This document shows positions 39,936-50,161 of a stretch of 64,000 nucleotides of DNA, in pieces. Below the pieces are notes generated by a model. It saw only the letters and a program-made list of their open reading frames with translations. It had not been told where the DNA came from and searched no databases. Position numbers and translations under genes: made by a program. The stretch's first letter is position 1. Every line of letters starts with the position of its first letter. This stretch comes from a virus (Duplodnaviria; Caudoviricetes): IMG/VR virus record IMGVR_UViG_2840904412_000002, positions 9,071 to 73,070 of that record; one strand, given 5' to 3'.

Positions 39936-40521
39936 TACTACGACTCCTTTTTTCGTAAAAGTCGGCTTGGAAGTAACAAATTAGTATTAATAACATATTA
40001 ACCAGTTCAGTAATAACAATATGTGGTGTCGTATTAGTTAATACCATACTAACCGATAGTAAACCAATGGCAAACCCTATAATAAGATATAACCATTTGT
40101 TAGTTCCATCAGACTGTTTAGTTTTATAGAACTGTATAATCTGGCTTATGTAAGCTAGTATAATAGATAGTGTTGCTACTGTTTGTGTTAATTCTACATA
40201 GGTACCAAAAATATATAGAAATAAAGAAAAGATAATTAAAAATAAAAATATAAACCAATCTTTCTTTCTATACACTACTACAAGTAAACAAACAAGTCCT
40301 AAAAATAAGTTAACACCTACAGAAATAATTTGGAATAATGTTGATTCTGTATGTAGTAAGTTATAAAAACTAATACCTACGGTGGTTATAATAAGGTACC
40401 AAAACCACCTAGATACACCATTAATATTACCATCTTTTACTAGAGACTTTAAGCCAGGAATATACCCAATCGTAATTAATATAGCATACATGGAACTTAA
40501 AATTAAAGGTAAATTACTCAT
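39904..40521 (-). CDS. PQ-loop/SemiSWEET-like membrane transporter
   Basis: multi-TM; GYIPGL and AYISQIIQFYKTKQSDG repeats. Confidence 0.65.
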   Translation of the reverse strand: MSNLPLILSSMYAILITIGYIPGLKSLVKDGNINGVSRWFWYLIITTVGISFYNLLHTESTLFQIISVGVNLFLGLVCLLVVVYRKKDWFIFLFLIIFSLFLYIFGTYVELTQTVATLSIILAYISQIIQFYKTKQSDGTNKWLYLIIGFAIGLLSVSMVLTNTTPHIVITELVNMLLILICYFQADFYEKRSRSNGFNKGFKKS

Positions 40522-41125
40522 TATTTGAAGCACCTAGTTTCTCTAATTCCTCTAATACCTCTTCCCAAGAGATAATACCTTTACCCTTAGTTAAATCAAG
40601 AGCAACACCATAAACATAAGCATTAAAGGAATACGGCACTCTATCCATATGGTCATTCATATCAGTAGTAGACCATCTAATATCAGATGAATAAATTAAA
40701 ACTTTTTTATTTAGTTTTTCTGTTTCTTCATTTATAATATCTTGAAGTTCTTGGTATATACTAGTGGTATTCTTATATTTACTTTGGATTTCTTTTAACC
40801 TATTAACAGTTTCTTTAGCTTCACGTTTCATTTGGAATATTTGTGAAGTTTCCATAGTTGTACCTAAACCACCATTACCACTGATAGGTAAGTCAATAAT
40901 ATAAATGTCTGAATCCTCAATAGCTTCTGTATCAGAATTTACAATGCGTTCTGATAACTTAAAACTACTTGTTTCTTTTTTGTTGTTGAATGGTTGTGAA
41001 CTAGGGTCAAAAACTTTAATACCTTTAATATTTTCCATTTCTTTTTTTTGTTTAATTCTGTATTCTTTTAAACCTTGCATCAACATATCAGATGCATGAT
41101 ACACTTGTTTATGTCTTTTACTCAT
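40514..41125 (-). CDS. nucleoside 2-deoxyribosyltransferase-like protein
   Basis: VYHAS, VFDPS, SDTEAIEDSDI, GTTME, FNAYVYG. Confidence 0.7.
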   Translation of the reverse strand: MSKRHKQVYHASDMLMQGLKEYRIKQKKEMENIKGIKVFDPSSQPFNNKKETSSFKLSERIVNSDTEAIEDSDIYIIDLPISGNGGLGTTMETSQIFQMKREAKETVNRLKEIQSKYKNTTSIYQELQDIINEETEKLNKKVLIYSSDIRWSTTDMNDHMDRVPYSFNAYVYGVALDLTKGKGIISWEEVLEELEKLGASNNE

Positions 41126-41139
41126 TGTTTATTCCTCTC

Positions 41140-41394
41140 TTATTTAATATATTTTTTAATAAATTCTGGGTGTTCTTTTCTGTCTGGATACTTAATAATT
41201 AATAAACCCATAACACCTAAACTAACAAAAGGTAATATAGTTACTAAGCCTATAAAACCAACTGTAGTGTTTAGAAAGAAAATAAGTGCATCTACCGTTA
41301 CATATGTAAGGGCAATAACAAATGATAGAACTATAAAAATAAAAAATTTAGTTAACCAATCTCCCCGTTGTACCTTTTTAGACAATTTTTTCAT
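41140..41394 (-). CDS. membrane protein
   Basis: two TM helices; RBS AAGGAGG. Confidence 0.55.
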   Translation of the reverse strand: MKKLSKKVQRGDWLTKFFIFIVLSFVIALTYVTVDALIFFLNTTVGFIGLVTILPFVSLGVMGLLIIKYPDRKEHPEFIKKYIK

Positions 41395-41548
41395 ATAAAA
41401 ACCCTCCTTGATAATAATATACACCAAGGAGGTTATAGTTGTCAAGAATTATTTTAATTTTATTACCACTTAAAATCGTCAGCGTAGTTGTGCTAATTAT
41501 AAAGATAATTTAATTTTTCCTTAAGGAGGAGAGATGTATAAATAGTTT

Positions 41549-42628
41549 TTAAAACCATCTTTCTTCTTTTGTAAAATCTAAAAAATCTATTAAATCATCT
41601 CTATTAAATCCTTGGGTGTTGTAAATACTGTGAAAAGTGCGGTGGCAAAAATCACATAATGTAATACCATTATTCAATTCAGTTCTTAATTCTGGATATG
41701 CCCTATAAGGCATTATATGATGTGCATTTAGTTTTCCTCCATGTTGCCAACAAGATTGACATGTGTAATTGTCTCTCTCAAACACATTTCTTACCCATTC
41801 TTTATAAGAATAATATTTTCTTCTCAATTGTCTCTCTTCTAAAGAAATGCTATGGTCATACTTTGGGTGTTCAGTTCCTTTCTTGTACTCACACCCGCAC
41901 TTCCCGCCTTTTCTAAGATAACTAATATACCCTTCCGCAATGTTACCACAAGTACATTTAAAAGTAAATTTTAAATCTGCGTTTTTATAACCGCCTATAT
42001 ATTCCATTCCGTAACCTTCTAGCTCTTTGGAAACTTCTTTTTCTGTTTTTCTTAGTTTATCAGAACCTCTTTGGATAGAGCATTTTTTACAACCGTTACC
42101 ATTTTTATATGAGGTAAACTCTTTATTATTAATATGTCCGTTTTTACATTTATAGACAACACATGTTCTTTTATTAAAGTATATTTTTTGTAGCGTATCT
42201 GTACTATTTTCAAAAGTTTTTCTTATTTCATCTTCAGGTGTTCTAGTTTTTTCATGCATACTTTTCTTACCACATTCAGCACATCTTCTACCTTTTTTAA
42301 AATCATCTGGGTAAATAGAATGTCTATTACCACATTGACATATAAATCTCCATTTAGATTTAGCTGGTTTATAAGATGTTTCTAAACAAACACAACCATT
42401 ATCTTCAAATAGTTTTTTAATTTTATTAAAATATGCTTTATGTTTAGGGTTTAAACAACCACAGGAAAGGTCTGCTTTGGTTTTTAAATTCCTTGATGTT
42501 AGATTGAGTGTATTACCACAGACACATTTACATATCCATTTTACATTGCCAGAAGTTGTCCTTTCTCCACTATCTCCCACTATAGCTAAGTTTCCATAGG
42601 TGGTTCTAGTTAAATCATTTATTTTCAT
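41549..42628 (-). CDS. free-standing HNH homing endonuclease with zinc-ribbon repeats
   Basis: VFERDNYTCQSC...LNAHHI...NGITLCDFCHRTFH; repeated CxCG. Confidence 0.85.
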   Translation of the reverse strand: MKINDLTRTTYGNLAIVGDSGERTTSGNVKWICKCVCGNTLNLTSRNLKTKADLSCGCLNPKHKAYFNKIKKLFEDNGCVCLETSYKPAKSKWRFICQCGNRHSIYPDDFKKGRRCAECGKKSMHEKTRTPEDEIRKTFENSTDTLQKIYFNKRTCVVYKCKNGHINNKEFTSYKNGNGCKKCSIQRGSDKLRKTEKEVSKELEGYGMEYIGGYKNADLKFTFKCTCGNIAEGYISYLRKGGKCGCEYKKGTEHPKYDHSISLEERQLRRKYYSYKEWVRNVFERDNYTCQSCWQHGGKLNAHHIMPYRAYPELRTELNNGITLCDFCHRTFHSIYNTQGFNRDDLIDFLDFTKEERWF

Positions 42629-42644
42629 AAAATACCACTTCTTT

Positions 42645-43382
42645 TTAAAATTTTAATGAGTCACTTACTCTGCTAATAATTCCCCTAAAATTATGTGTGA
42701 ATTCATGATGTTTAGCAAAATCTTGTTTTTTAAATAATTCTATATAGGGTTCAAATCCAGATTTACTTCTTTTAATATCAGATTGCTCTGGCTGACCTTC
42801 TATAATAACAGTACATGTATCATGCATGCGTGTTAACGTTTTCTTAAGTTCTCCTCGAGTAAAATTCTGTGTTTCAGAAATTATAACAGTTTTCCCTTGT
42901 ATATTACTACCTCTAAGGAATGTGTGTAATGTTTGTGTAACAAAGGCTTGTTCTATTTTCTCTTTATCTATGTTGGGGTCTAATTCTAATAATGTTTTAA
43001 TTACTTGCATAGGGTTTAAATTTAATTCAATAAGGGCATCATGCAATGGAGAGAAATAATCCATAGCCTTTGTATTTAGGTCACCAGGGCGATGACCTAC
43101 CGAGTTTTCCTCCGCAGGACTCATAATAAACATAATCTCTTTACCCTTATTTAAGTAGTCTGCATAGGCACACACAATACTTGTATAAGTTTTAGCGCTA
43201 CCACTTCTTGATGAGTTTGTTAAGACTAGGACATCATCATTGAAAAAATCTTCACAGAAATTTAATTGTTCATATGTGGCTTTTTCCAAAAAATCGTGGA
43301 ACACGCTATGTTGTAACATGTTATACTTTACGTTGGGATAATCTCTTAACTTATATTCTAACTCTTTAGTCGTTTTTGCCAT
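42645..43382 (-). CDS. phoH: PhoH-family ATPase
   Basis: SRSGSAKT P-loop, GHRPG, FLRGSNI, ISETQN, TRMHD, GQPEQSD. Confidence 0.88.
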   Translation of the reverse strand: MAKTTKELEYKLRDYPNVKYNMLQHSVFHDFLEKATYEQLNFCEDFFNDDVLVLTNSSRSGSAKTYTSIVCAYADYLNKGKEIMFIMSPAEENSVGHRPGDLNTKAMDYFSPLHDALIELNLNPMQVIKTLLELDPNIDKEKIEQAFVTQTLHTFLRGSNIQGKTVIISETQNFTRGELKKTLTRMHDTCTVIIEGQPEQSDIKRSKSGFEPYIELFKKQDFAKHHEFTHNFRGIISRVSDSLKF

Positions 43383-43510
43383 AGATACACTTACCAACTT
43401 TCACAGATTTTATAGTATTTCACCTATTAATATAATATTTACTTTAGTATACCATATATCAAGTATTAGTGCAACAAAAAAACTACCTAAATTAATAGGT
43501 AGTTAGTATA

Positions 43511-44170
43511 TTACATCCCCCAAGCACTTAATCCTTGAGCTTGATAGGCTCTTACAGCACTATCAATTTGTCCTTGTACGGTTGAAGTATCTCCCCAACC
43601 TGGCATTGTTTGGAATAATCCACTAGCACCACTTGGATTTTGAGCATTTACTTGTCCGTTAGATTCTAGAGCAATGATATGTTCCCAAGTAGATGCGGGT
43701 ACTCCTGTTCTAGCTTCCATTTCTTTTGAAGCAGATAAACCAGTTGCACCTGCTGTATTTCCGTTACTTAGTTTTACTGTACCTGCTTGAGTAACGTTAT
43801 CTTGGGACGTGTGTGCGGTAATTAGTTGTGTATTATTTTCATTAGTATACTCTACATTATTAGTTGTGTTATCTTGTTCTAAAGATGCTAATTGAGAACT
43901 TGTATTATTTACTTGACCCTCTGTTCCGTAATGGTAATCATAACCAAAATACCCGTTATAACTATAGAAATGATAAGTAAACCCATCTAATACAAACGAG
44001 AAGTCATAGTTACCTTCTTGAATAGGTGTAGTTACTAAGTCCTCGGAATTAGTTTGAGCCTTATTTGCTAGGGTTACATAATCAATTTCATCAGCACTAG
44101 CTTTATCAGAGATACCTCCAAACGTTAAAGTTGCTCCTAAAACTAATGATGCTAAAATTGTTTTCTTCAA
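43511..44170 (-). CDS. secreted lytic transglycosylase (IsaA/SceD-like)
   Basis: signal peptide; WEHIIALESNG...NPSGASGLFQTM. Confidence 0.85.
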   Translation of the reverse strand: MKKTILASLVLGATLTFGGISDKASADEIDYVTLANKAQTNSEDLVTTPIQEGNYDFSFVLDGFTYHFYSYNGYFGYDYHYGTEGQVNNTSSQLASLEQDNTTNNVEYTNENNTQLITAHTSQDNVTQAGTVKLSNGNTAGATGLSASKEMEARTGVPASTWEHIIALESNGQVNAQNPSGASGLFQTMPGWGDTSTVQGQIDSAVRAYQAQGLSAWGM

Positions 44171-44279
44171 AATTAAAACTCCTTTATTTTTAGTTACATA
44201 TATAGTAACATTTTTTTATTTCACAAGAATAATGTAGCATACTTTAGTTACAAACTAATTACTTAATTATTACATATTA

Positions 44280-44825
44280 TTACACTAAACTATCTTTAGC
44301 TAGAATACTAATAGTATCATGGATAAAATCAACTTCCATATGTTCTTTAAACCCTCTAGATATACCTGTATAAATAACTTTATCTACTTTTGTGTAGTCA
44401 TTATCTAAGACATATCTAACATGATTAATAAAACTATCCAAAGGTAATCTTACTGTACCATCTTTCATAAATACAATAAGGTCACCCATAGGTAAATTCT
44501 CTGTTAGTAGATTTAGTTTTACCATATCTTTAATAGAGAATTCTACTCCATCTAGCTCACTAATGCTAGATACATGTCGTAAGTTATATGTTTTATTGTT
44601 GTTTGAGACATTTTTAGTAAAAAACCCAACAGCACCTTTTTCTTCATAGTAAACTGCCATATAGTTGCCACAATTAGATTCTAGGTATACATCTAATTCT
44701 TCTGGTTTATAATCGGAAGTAACACTTAATTTTTCACTTTCGTTCTTTAAATATTCTGAAATTTGTTTTACATTAATAGTAATAACTTCTTTTGTATCAT
44801 AAATATAAGGTTTCATAACAATCAT
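44280..44825 (-). CDS. conserved hypothetical protein
   Basis: 181 aa, coupled to RNase H. Confidence 0.6.
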   Translation of the reverse strand: MIVMKPYIYDTKEVITINVKQISEYLKNESEKLSVTSDYKPEELDVYLESNCGNYMAVYYEEKGAVGFFTKNVSNNNKTYNLRHVSSISELDGVEFSIKDMVKLNLLTENLPMGDLIVFMKDGTVRLPLDSFINHVRYVLDNDYTKVDKVIYTGISRGFKEHMEVDFIHDTISILAKDSLV

Positions 44826-45247
44826 CCTTTTCCTATTGATTTTTTAGCAAGCTCATCAGCTAAATCATTAAATTTATCATTACTATGAGCTTTAACTTTT
44901 TTAAATTCTATTTGAGTATATTTAGAGTATTCTCTTATTCTTTCTACATATAATTGACTTAACCAATTCCTAGCAACCCAAGAACCTTCATACCAGTTAA
45001 TGAGTCCTATATAGTCTATATGGATAATAGAAATTTTATACCCTAATTGTATAGCCTCTTCTATTGCATAACATACAGCTAAAATTTCTCCTGCTACATT
45101 ATTAAACTTTGCTAGTTTTTCATTAGATACATTGTTAGAAATTGTGTGTATGATTTTATTATCATCTATTAACACTGCTCCACAACCTACCTGTTTTTTC
45201 TTATAATCACTACTGCCATCGGTGTATATTAGTACAGTATTGCTCAT
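44822..45247 (-). CDS. rnh: ribonuclease HI
   Basis: IYTDGS, NVAGE, HIDY, KVKAHS...NDLADELAK. Confidence 0.9.
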   Translation of the reverse strand: MSNTVLIYTDGSSDYKKKQVGCGAVLIDDNKIIHTISNNVSNEKLAKFNNVAGEILAVCYAIEEAIQLGYKISIIHIDYIGLINWYEGSWVARNWLSQLYVERIREYSKYTQIEFKKVKAHSNDKFNDLADELAKKSIGKG

Positions 45248-45249
45248 AT

Positions 45250-45429
45250 CTACTTACCTTTACCTGGGAAGTAAGGATATGTACATGCACAGTAGACATT
45301 TTCTATAAACTTAACGACAGCTTTGTTAAAGTCAAAACACTTATAGCAAAATTCAAGAGCTTCATCTTCACTATCAGCCACAACTTTTACAATAAAATCA
45401 TCTAACTTAATTTCAAATAGATTTTTCAT
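45250..45429 (-). CDS. 59-aa hypothetical protein (below ORF-track cutoff)
   Basis: MKNLFEIKLDDFIVKVVADSEDEALEFC; fills the gap in the operon. Confidence 0.5.
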   Translation of the reverse strand: MKNLFEIKLDDFIVKVVADSEDEALEFCYKCFDFNKAVVKFIENVYCACTYPYFPGKGK

Positions 45430-45440
45430 TAAATAACCCC

Positions 45441-46013
45441 TTATCTTAGAATAAATTTAATAACTTCTAATGGTGTTTCTAGTGTTTCTAATATAGTATA
45501 ATCTGTATTCTCTAACGTCTCTATAAACTCCTCGATGTTTATATCTACTTCTTGTAAATATTTTATAATTTCTTCATCTTCTTTGTGTGTTGTATTCATA
45601 AAGTTTCCATATGATAAATCAAAAAGATTAGCTAAATTAACTAAATTAAATGCAATTTTAACATTATCTAAGTCATCTAAATGTGGGTTGCTTTCTATAA
45701 AGTTATATAAGCAGTCCTTAGCTTTTTCCGATAGCATTAAGTCTAATAACTCACTTTTTTCATCTCTAGTTGTCTTTTTACGAGTTAAAAACACCTCGTC
45801 AAATTCCACTAACCCATTTTTATTTGTATTTAGTAACTTATCTAAAGCACCAAACATGACAATCCTGTCATCAATATCATCTAATTTATTAATAATAGAA
45901 AGTATGTCAAAGAAGTTATCTTCTCCTAGTACTTTATAAATATCTTGTAGTTCAAAGGTATCAATTAGTTCTAATAGTTCTTCTAAATCACTTGGTGATA
46001 AATATTTACTCAT
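45441..46013 (-). CDS. acidic conserved hypothetical protein
   Basis: about 190 aa. Confidence 0.6.
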   Translation of the reverse strand: MSKYLSPSDLEELLELIDTFELQDIYKVLGEDNFFDILSIINKLDDIDDRIVMFGALDKLLNTNKNGLVEFDEVFLTRKKTTRDEKSELLDLMLSEKAKDCLYNFIESNPHLDDLDNVKIAFNLVNLANLFDLSYGNFMNTTHKEDEEIIKYLQEVDINIEEFIETLENTDYTILETLETPLEVIKFILR

Positions 46014-46203
46014 TATCATCAACCTCAAATAAAATGTGACTTGGTGTTTCTAATATTTTTTCAAGATTAATTTTATTACCACTTCTAGGGGTTTTAATAC
46101 CTTGCTCCCAATAACTAATAGTAGAATAATTTACTCCTAATTCTTTAGCAAGACTTCTTAAAGTATATCCTTTTTCAATTCTGATTCTTTGTAATTTTAA
46201 CAT
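46006..46203 (-). CDS. XRE-family HTH transcriptional regulator
   Basis: LQRIRIEKGYTLRSLAKELGVNYSTISYWEQG. Confidence 0.85.
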   Translation of the reverse strand: MLKLQRIRIEKGYTLRSLAKELGVNYSTISYWEQGIKTPRSGNKINLEKILETPSHILFEVDDNE

Positions 46204-46269
46204 TACTATAGCCTTCCTTTCTTTCTTAGTATAATTATAGTATACCGTATTATATGTTCAATGTCAACA

Positions 46270-46494
46270 TTATTCTTCTCTTATGTTTACAAATTTGATG
46301 TTATCCTTATAGGCAATTTTAGACATAACTAAATCATCGGCTTTATATTTAGCCTTAACTGTGTTACTTTCAATTACCCTAATAACTAAATCTTCTTCTC
46401 TACCTGATTGTGTAGTGTATTTATATGTGACTTTATATACAGAATTAATATTACCTAGTATCTTTTTATTGAACCACTTTTTAAATTTATTCAT
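46270..46494 (-). CDS. hypothetical protein
   Basis: 74 aa. Confidence 0.55.
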   Translation of the reverse strand: MNKFKKWFNKKILGNINSVYKVTYKYTTQSGREEDLVIRVIESNTVKAKYKADDLVMSKIAYKDNIKFVNIREE

Positions 46495-46565
46495 AGTTAC
46501 CATTTCCTTTCTAAAAATAAGTATAACATAAAAAATAAGAGAGTGTCAAGCACTCTCTTAAATAG

Positions 46566-47664
46566 TTATTTCCATCTAACTCTACCCCAATATTTTTCTT
46601 TAACGATACGCTCTTTTTTATCTGTAATTTTACAGATAGCCATATAGAAGTATCCTGCACTAGGGTTAGTAGGGTATTTTAGCTTAATCCACCAATAGCC
46701 ATCTTTCTTAGTGACGCTATAAAATGGTACCCACTGATTAGCATAAATCCAAGAACCACTTTCTACTACTTTACCATCTAAGCCTGGTGAGCGTCTAACT
46801 TTAATAGTCCTATCTGCAGTAAAAGTGCCTCCCATATTCCAAGTAATTTTTGGTTTTGGTTTTTCTGCTTTGAAGTTTGGTCTAATAAAAATCATATTAG
46901 GGTCATAAGGATGTACTCGAATAGTAGCGGGTTCCCAACCTTTACCACCTTGGGCATTACCATATGTCCATCCCCCACCTAACCAATTGTTTTCAATCAC
47001 AACAATTTGGTTAAGGGTAGCACTTAACACCCATGCTACATGACCATGCCCATTACCATAAGCTCCTGGAAATAATACCATATCTCCACCTTTAGCTAAG
47101 AAGCTAGGTGTGTTTTTATATATTTTTGCTTTATCCTTAAGTAAACTAGCGTTATCACTAGCAATATTTTTTGCACTTGCTCCTTGTAAAGAGTATCCAG
47201 GGAATAATTTATTAAAACCATAGTTTGCTAAATCATAACATTGCATTATGTTGCGTTATTGCCTTTCCATTAGAATATTTCTACTCTAATTTGTATAACA
47301 TAACTCTTACACTTTCATGTAAAGTTCAGACTATATCTTTACTCGATTATTTAAAAGTCAAGCACTCACCACTGTCTATCAATTGATAGCACTTAGTCGT
47401 TGAACCTTTCTCTACTGTTACCATAGAGACTTGGATGCGGATTTCCCAATCTTTATCTTTTTTACTATACCAAACACATTACTGTCTGCCCCTAACTATG
47501 TCACCATGCTAGGTTAGTAGATAAAGCTCTGAGGGGGTTCCCGTCAATTCAATGAGTTAGGATACCATTTATTAATATCCGTACCAACCATCGTAATCAA
47601 TATATTTCCCTGCGGTACCTCTTAAAAAGGAGACAAATTGACTTCGTGTCATCTTTGCTAACAT
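46566..47664 (-). CDS. CHAP + SH3b endolysin, join(47575..47664, 46566..47243), 255 aa
   Basis: exon 1 MLAKMTRSQF...DYDGWYGY joins QCYDLAN; GHVAWV catalytic His; SH3b C-terminus. Confidence 0.88.
47244..47574 (-). mobile_element. group I intron (ORF-less, 331 nt) in CHAP lysin
   Basis: P1 GGAUAU/GUAUCC with U.G pair; AAUUGACGGGAA, AAUCCGCA, UCAACGACUA, GAUAUAGUCU cores; terminal G; splicing restores the frame. Confidence 0.9.
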
Positions 47665-47677
47665 TTAATCAATCCTC

Positions 47678-48583
47678 CTAATTCCACTTAATTTGACCCC
47701 AATATTTTTCTTTAATAATACGCTCTTTTTTATCTGTAATTTTACATACTGCACAATAGTAATAGTCTTTACTAGAGCCTGGTTGTTGATACTTAAATCT
47801 AACCCACCAAAATCCATCCTTCTTAATAACTTTATCAAACGGTACCCAGTCATTTTTTGTATATAACCATGAATTTTTATCAACAATTGCACCTTTTAAT
47901 CCTGGTGATTTACGTACTTTAATAGTTGTGTTAGGGTAGAAAGTACCACTTAAATTCCAAGCTGTTTTAGGGTCTGTATGTTTTACCTTTGGAGTTACTG
48001 AACCAGACTTAACTGATTTACTACCTTTAATATATTTTGCTACAATTTTATCTAAGTTACTTGTATCCCTACCATATCCTGCTTGTTGTAATAAATTTCC
48101 TGGGTCTTGCTTATCTGATTGAATATCTTGATGTCCTGGCATTCTTGTTTTGTAATCTATTTTCCAGTAATCACAAAGATATGCTAATACACGAGCAAAG
48201 TTATCTAATGATTTTTTAGTTCTTTCTTTATCTGAAAAGTAACAACCTTCTACACCAATCGCAGCATCGTTAGCATCTAAATTATACCATAAATTATCAG
48301 TAGGTGCGTTATACATTACGTGGTAGGCAATCTCAGTCGTAGGTATACAAATAATTGCCTCTTTATCATCAACAAATATATGAGCACTTGCTACATAATC
48401 CCAACCGATGTTGTATGTATTTCTATAGTAATCTACATTGTTTTGTGCAGTAGAGTTTAAATTTCCTGTATCATGTGCAACAATAAATTTAGGGACGCCA
48501 GTAGTCATATTTTTACCTGGTCGTCTAGTTGCAACTGGTAATAGTTGGAACTTTACTGTTACACCATTCCAATTTTCAGCCAT
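47678..48583 (-). CDS. N-acetylmuramoyl-L-alanine amidase (Amidase_2) + SH3b endolysin
   Basis: IVAHDTGN, ASAHIFVD, AYH, GHQDIQSDKQDPG; SH3b paralogous to that of the CHAP lysin. Confidence 0.9.
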   Translation of the reverse strand: MAENWNGVTVKFQLLPVATRRPGKNMTTGVPKFIVAHDTGNLNSTAQNNVDYYRNTYNIGWDYVASAHIFVDDKEAIICIPTTEIAYHVMYNAPTDNLWYNLDANDAAIGVEGCYFSDKERTKKSLDNFARVLAYLCDYWKIDYKTRMPGHQDIQSDKQDPGNLLQQAGYGRDTSNLDKIVAKYIKGSKSVKSGSVTPKVKHTDPKTAWNLSGTFYPNTTIKVRKSPGLKGAIVDKNSWLYTKNDWVPFDKVIKKDGFWWVRFKYQQPGSSKDYYYCAVCKITDKKERIIKEKYWGQIKWN

Positions 48584-48594
48584 TTATCTTCCTC

Positions 48595-49089
48595 CTAGCC
48601 TTTTGGTGAGCTTGTTTTATGTTCATCTGGGACATCATCAATAGGTGTTTCAGAATCTAGTTTTTCCATAGGTTCTGCAATTGCTAAAATATCTTCATGT
48701 TCTAATTCACCAACTACATCTGGAGCCATAGGATGACTACCTCCGTCTACAATACTATTAACTTTATTATTCTCCCAAGTTAATGATTGTTCTGGGTCTT
48801 TAGAATCACGTGGTTCATGGTAATCTGTTTGAACAATAATACTATCTTTAATACCTTTAGTATTGTTATCTACTAAAATACCTAAACCTGCAAGCAATGT
48901 TAATATAGAGCCAATAATATTAACACCTTGCTCTACTTGACTAGAATAATCTAAGCCAAAAGCACCTGTTAATTGATTGATAAATACTGCTAAGGCAGAT
49001 ACACTAGCTACCCAAAACGTTTTACTTTTAAAACGGGTACTTAAGTTAATACCACCAACAACTGTAGGTGTCTTATCTTTTTTAGTCAA
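48595..49089 (-). CDS. hol: holin (phi LC3-like)
   Basis: GINLSTRFKSKTFWV, two TM helices, GILVDNNTKGIKDS; late promoter upstream. Confidence 0.85.
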   Translation of the reverse strand: MTKKDKTPTVVGGINLSTRFKSKTFWVASVSALAVFINQLTGAFGLDYSSQVEQGVNIIGSILTLLAGLGILVDNNTKGIKDSIIVQTDYHEPRDSKDPEQSLTWENNKVNSIVDGGSHPMAPDVVGELEHEDILAIAEPMEKLDSETPIDDVPDEHKTSSPKG

Positions 49090-49163
49090 AATAAAAAACG
49101 CCCTTTCTTGTTATATTTTTTTACATTACTAATATAACAAGATTAGACGTTTAAGGTATATTT

Positions 49164-49343
49164 TTATAGTTCTTTTAATGTACTAATAACTTGAGACATT
49201 TGTTTATTATCTAGGTCCTCTAGATTTGTCTCTGGTAATAATTCTAACTTTTCCCAAAGTTCATTTTTATTATTAATTTTATCTTCTAGCAATGCTTTAC
49301 CTACTAAACTTTGAGTAAAATAAATTTGTTTTTGACTAGCCAT
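49164..49343 (-). CDS. conserved small protein
   Basis: MASQKQIYFTQSLVGKA. Confidence 0.6.
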   Translation of the reverse strand: MASQKQIYFTQSLVGKALLEDKINNKNELWEKLELLPETNLEDLDNKQMSQVISTLKEL

Positions 49344-49462
49344 AATAATCATTTCCTTTTATTAAAATCTAGCCATTGTGTACTGAAAATCAGGAGAGTA
49401 ATTGAAAGAAAGGAGAAATGTATGAAAACCAATTCCACAATGGCTATAATATTGTATATTAC

Positions 49463-49994
49463 TACAATTAAATATCATAACATAGCCGTTCTCACACGGA
49501 ACTATGTATAAAGAAATATTGTTAGGTTACCTAGTTCTAGTAAGTTCTATACGGGAGCGACCTCGTAGTCCACTTATAGAAGCATAAGCAGTATAGGGAT
49601 AGGGTCTATTACCTACCAACTTTCACACGGTATGAAGAATTATTGTAAAGTATGCAAGTATTTGTTAGCGTTATTACTTTTCTTTTATTGTAGATTTGTG
49701 CTACTTGTACTGGTATCATTCATTATCAAACATGTTTCCATGCTCCAACTACAAAAGTGCTTTATTAGTGTAATTATATAGGAGACCACCAAGTTCCTAT
49801 ATAATGATTGCACCTGACAGATACCATACCTTATATCCCTTTATACATAGAGCTGAACAATCCACCTCGTATTCAATAATACTCAAAGGGTATTTCCTAA
49901 GTTCTCACGTAGGTTTAACACCCTGTGACATTTTCACACCTTACAGCCACCACACTGTTAAATTTCAGTCACTATGTTATGATATTTAATTGTA
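49463..49994 (-). ncRNA. candidate large ornate ncRNA (~530 nt, ROOL-like size)
   Basis: perfect 23-bp terminal inverted repeat, nested 12-bp long-range stem, promoter at 50009-50038, no credible ORF. Confidence 0.7.
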
Positions 49995-50161
49995 TTAAGT
50001 TGTAAATATAATATAACACACTTTTAAAATTCAGTCAAGTAAATTTAAAAACTTTTTATAGTTTTTTTATACTAGGGTAAAAAAGTAGTAAAAAGACCTA
50101 GTTGTGTAAGGGGTCATTTATTTATATATAAAGTATAGCATAAATAAAAAACCGTGTCAAG

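Noticed and set aside
41549-42628. HNH gene as intron-encoded
   Set aside because: No group I core nearby and upstream phoH is complete, so it is free-standing.
49804-49989. 61-aa + strand ORF
   Set aside because: No RBS; lies antisense within the structured ncRNA candidate.
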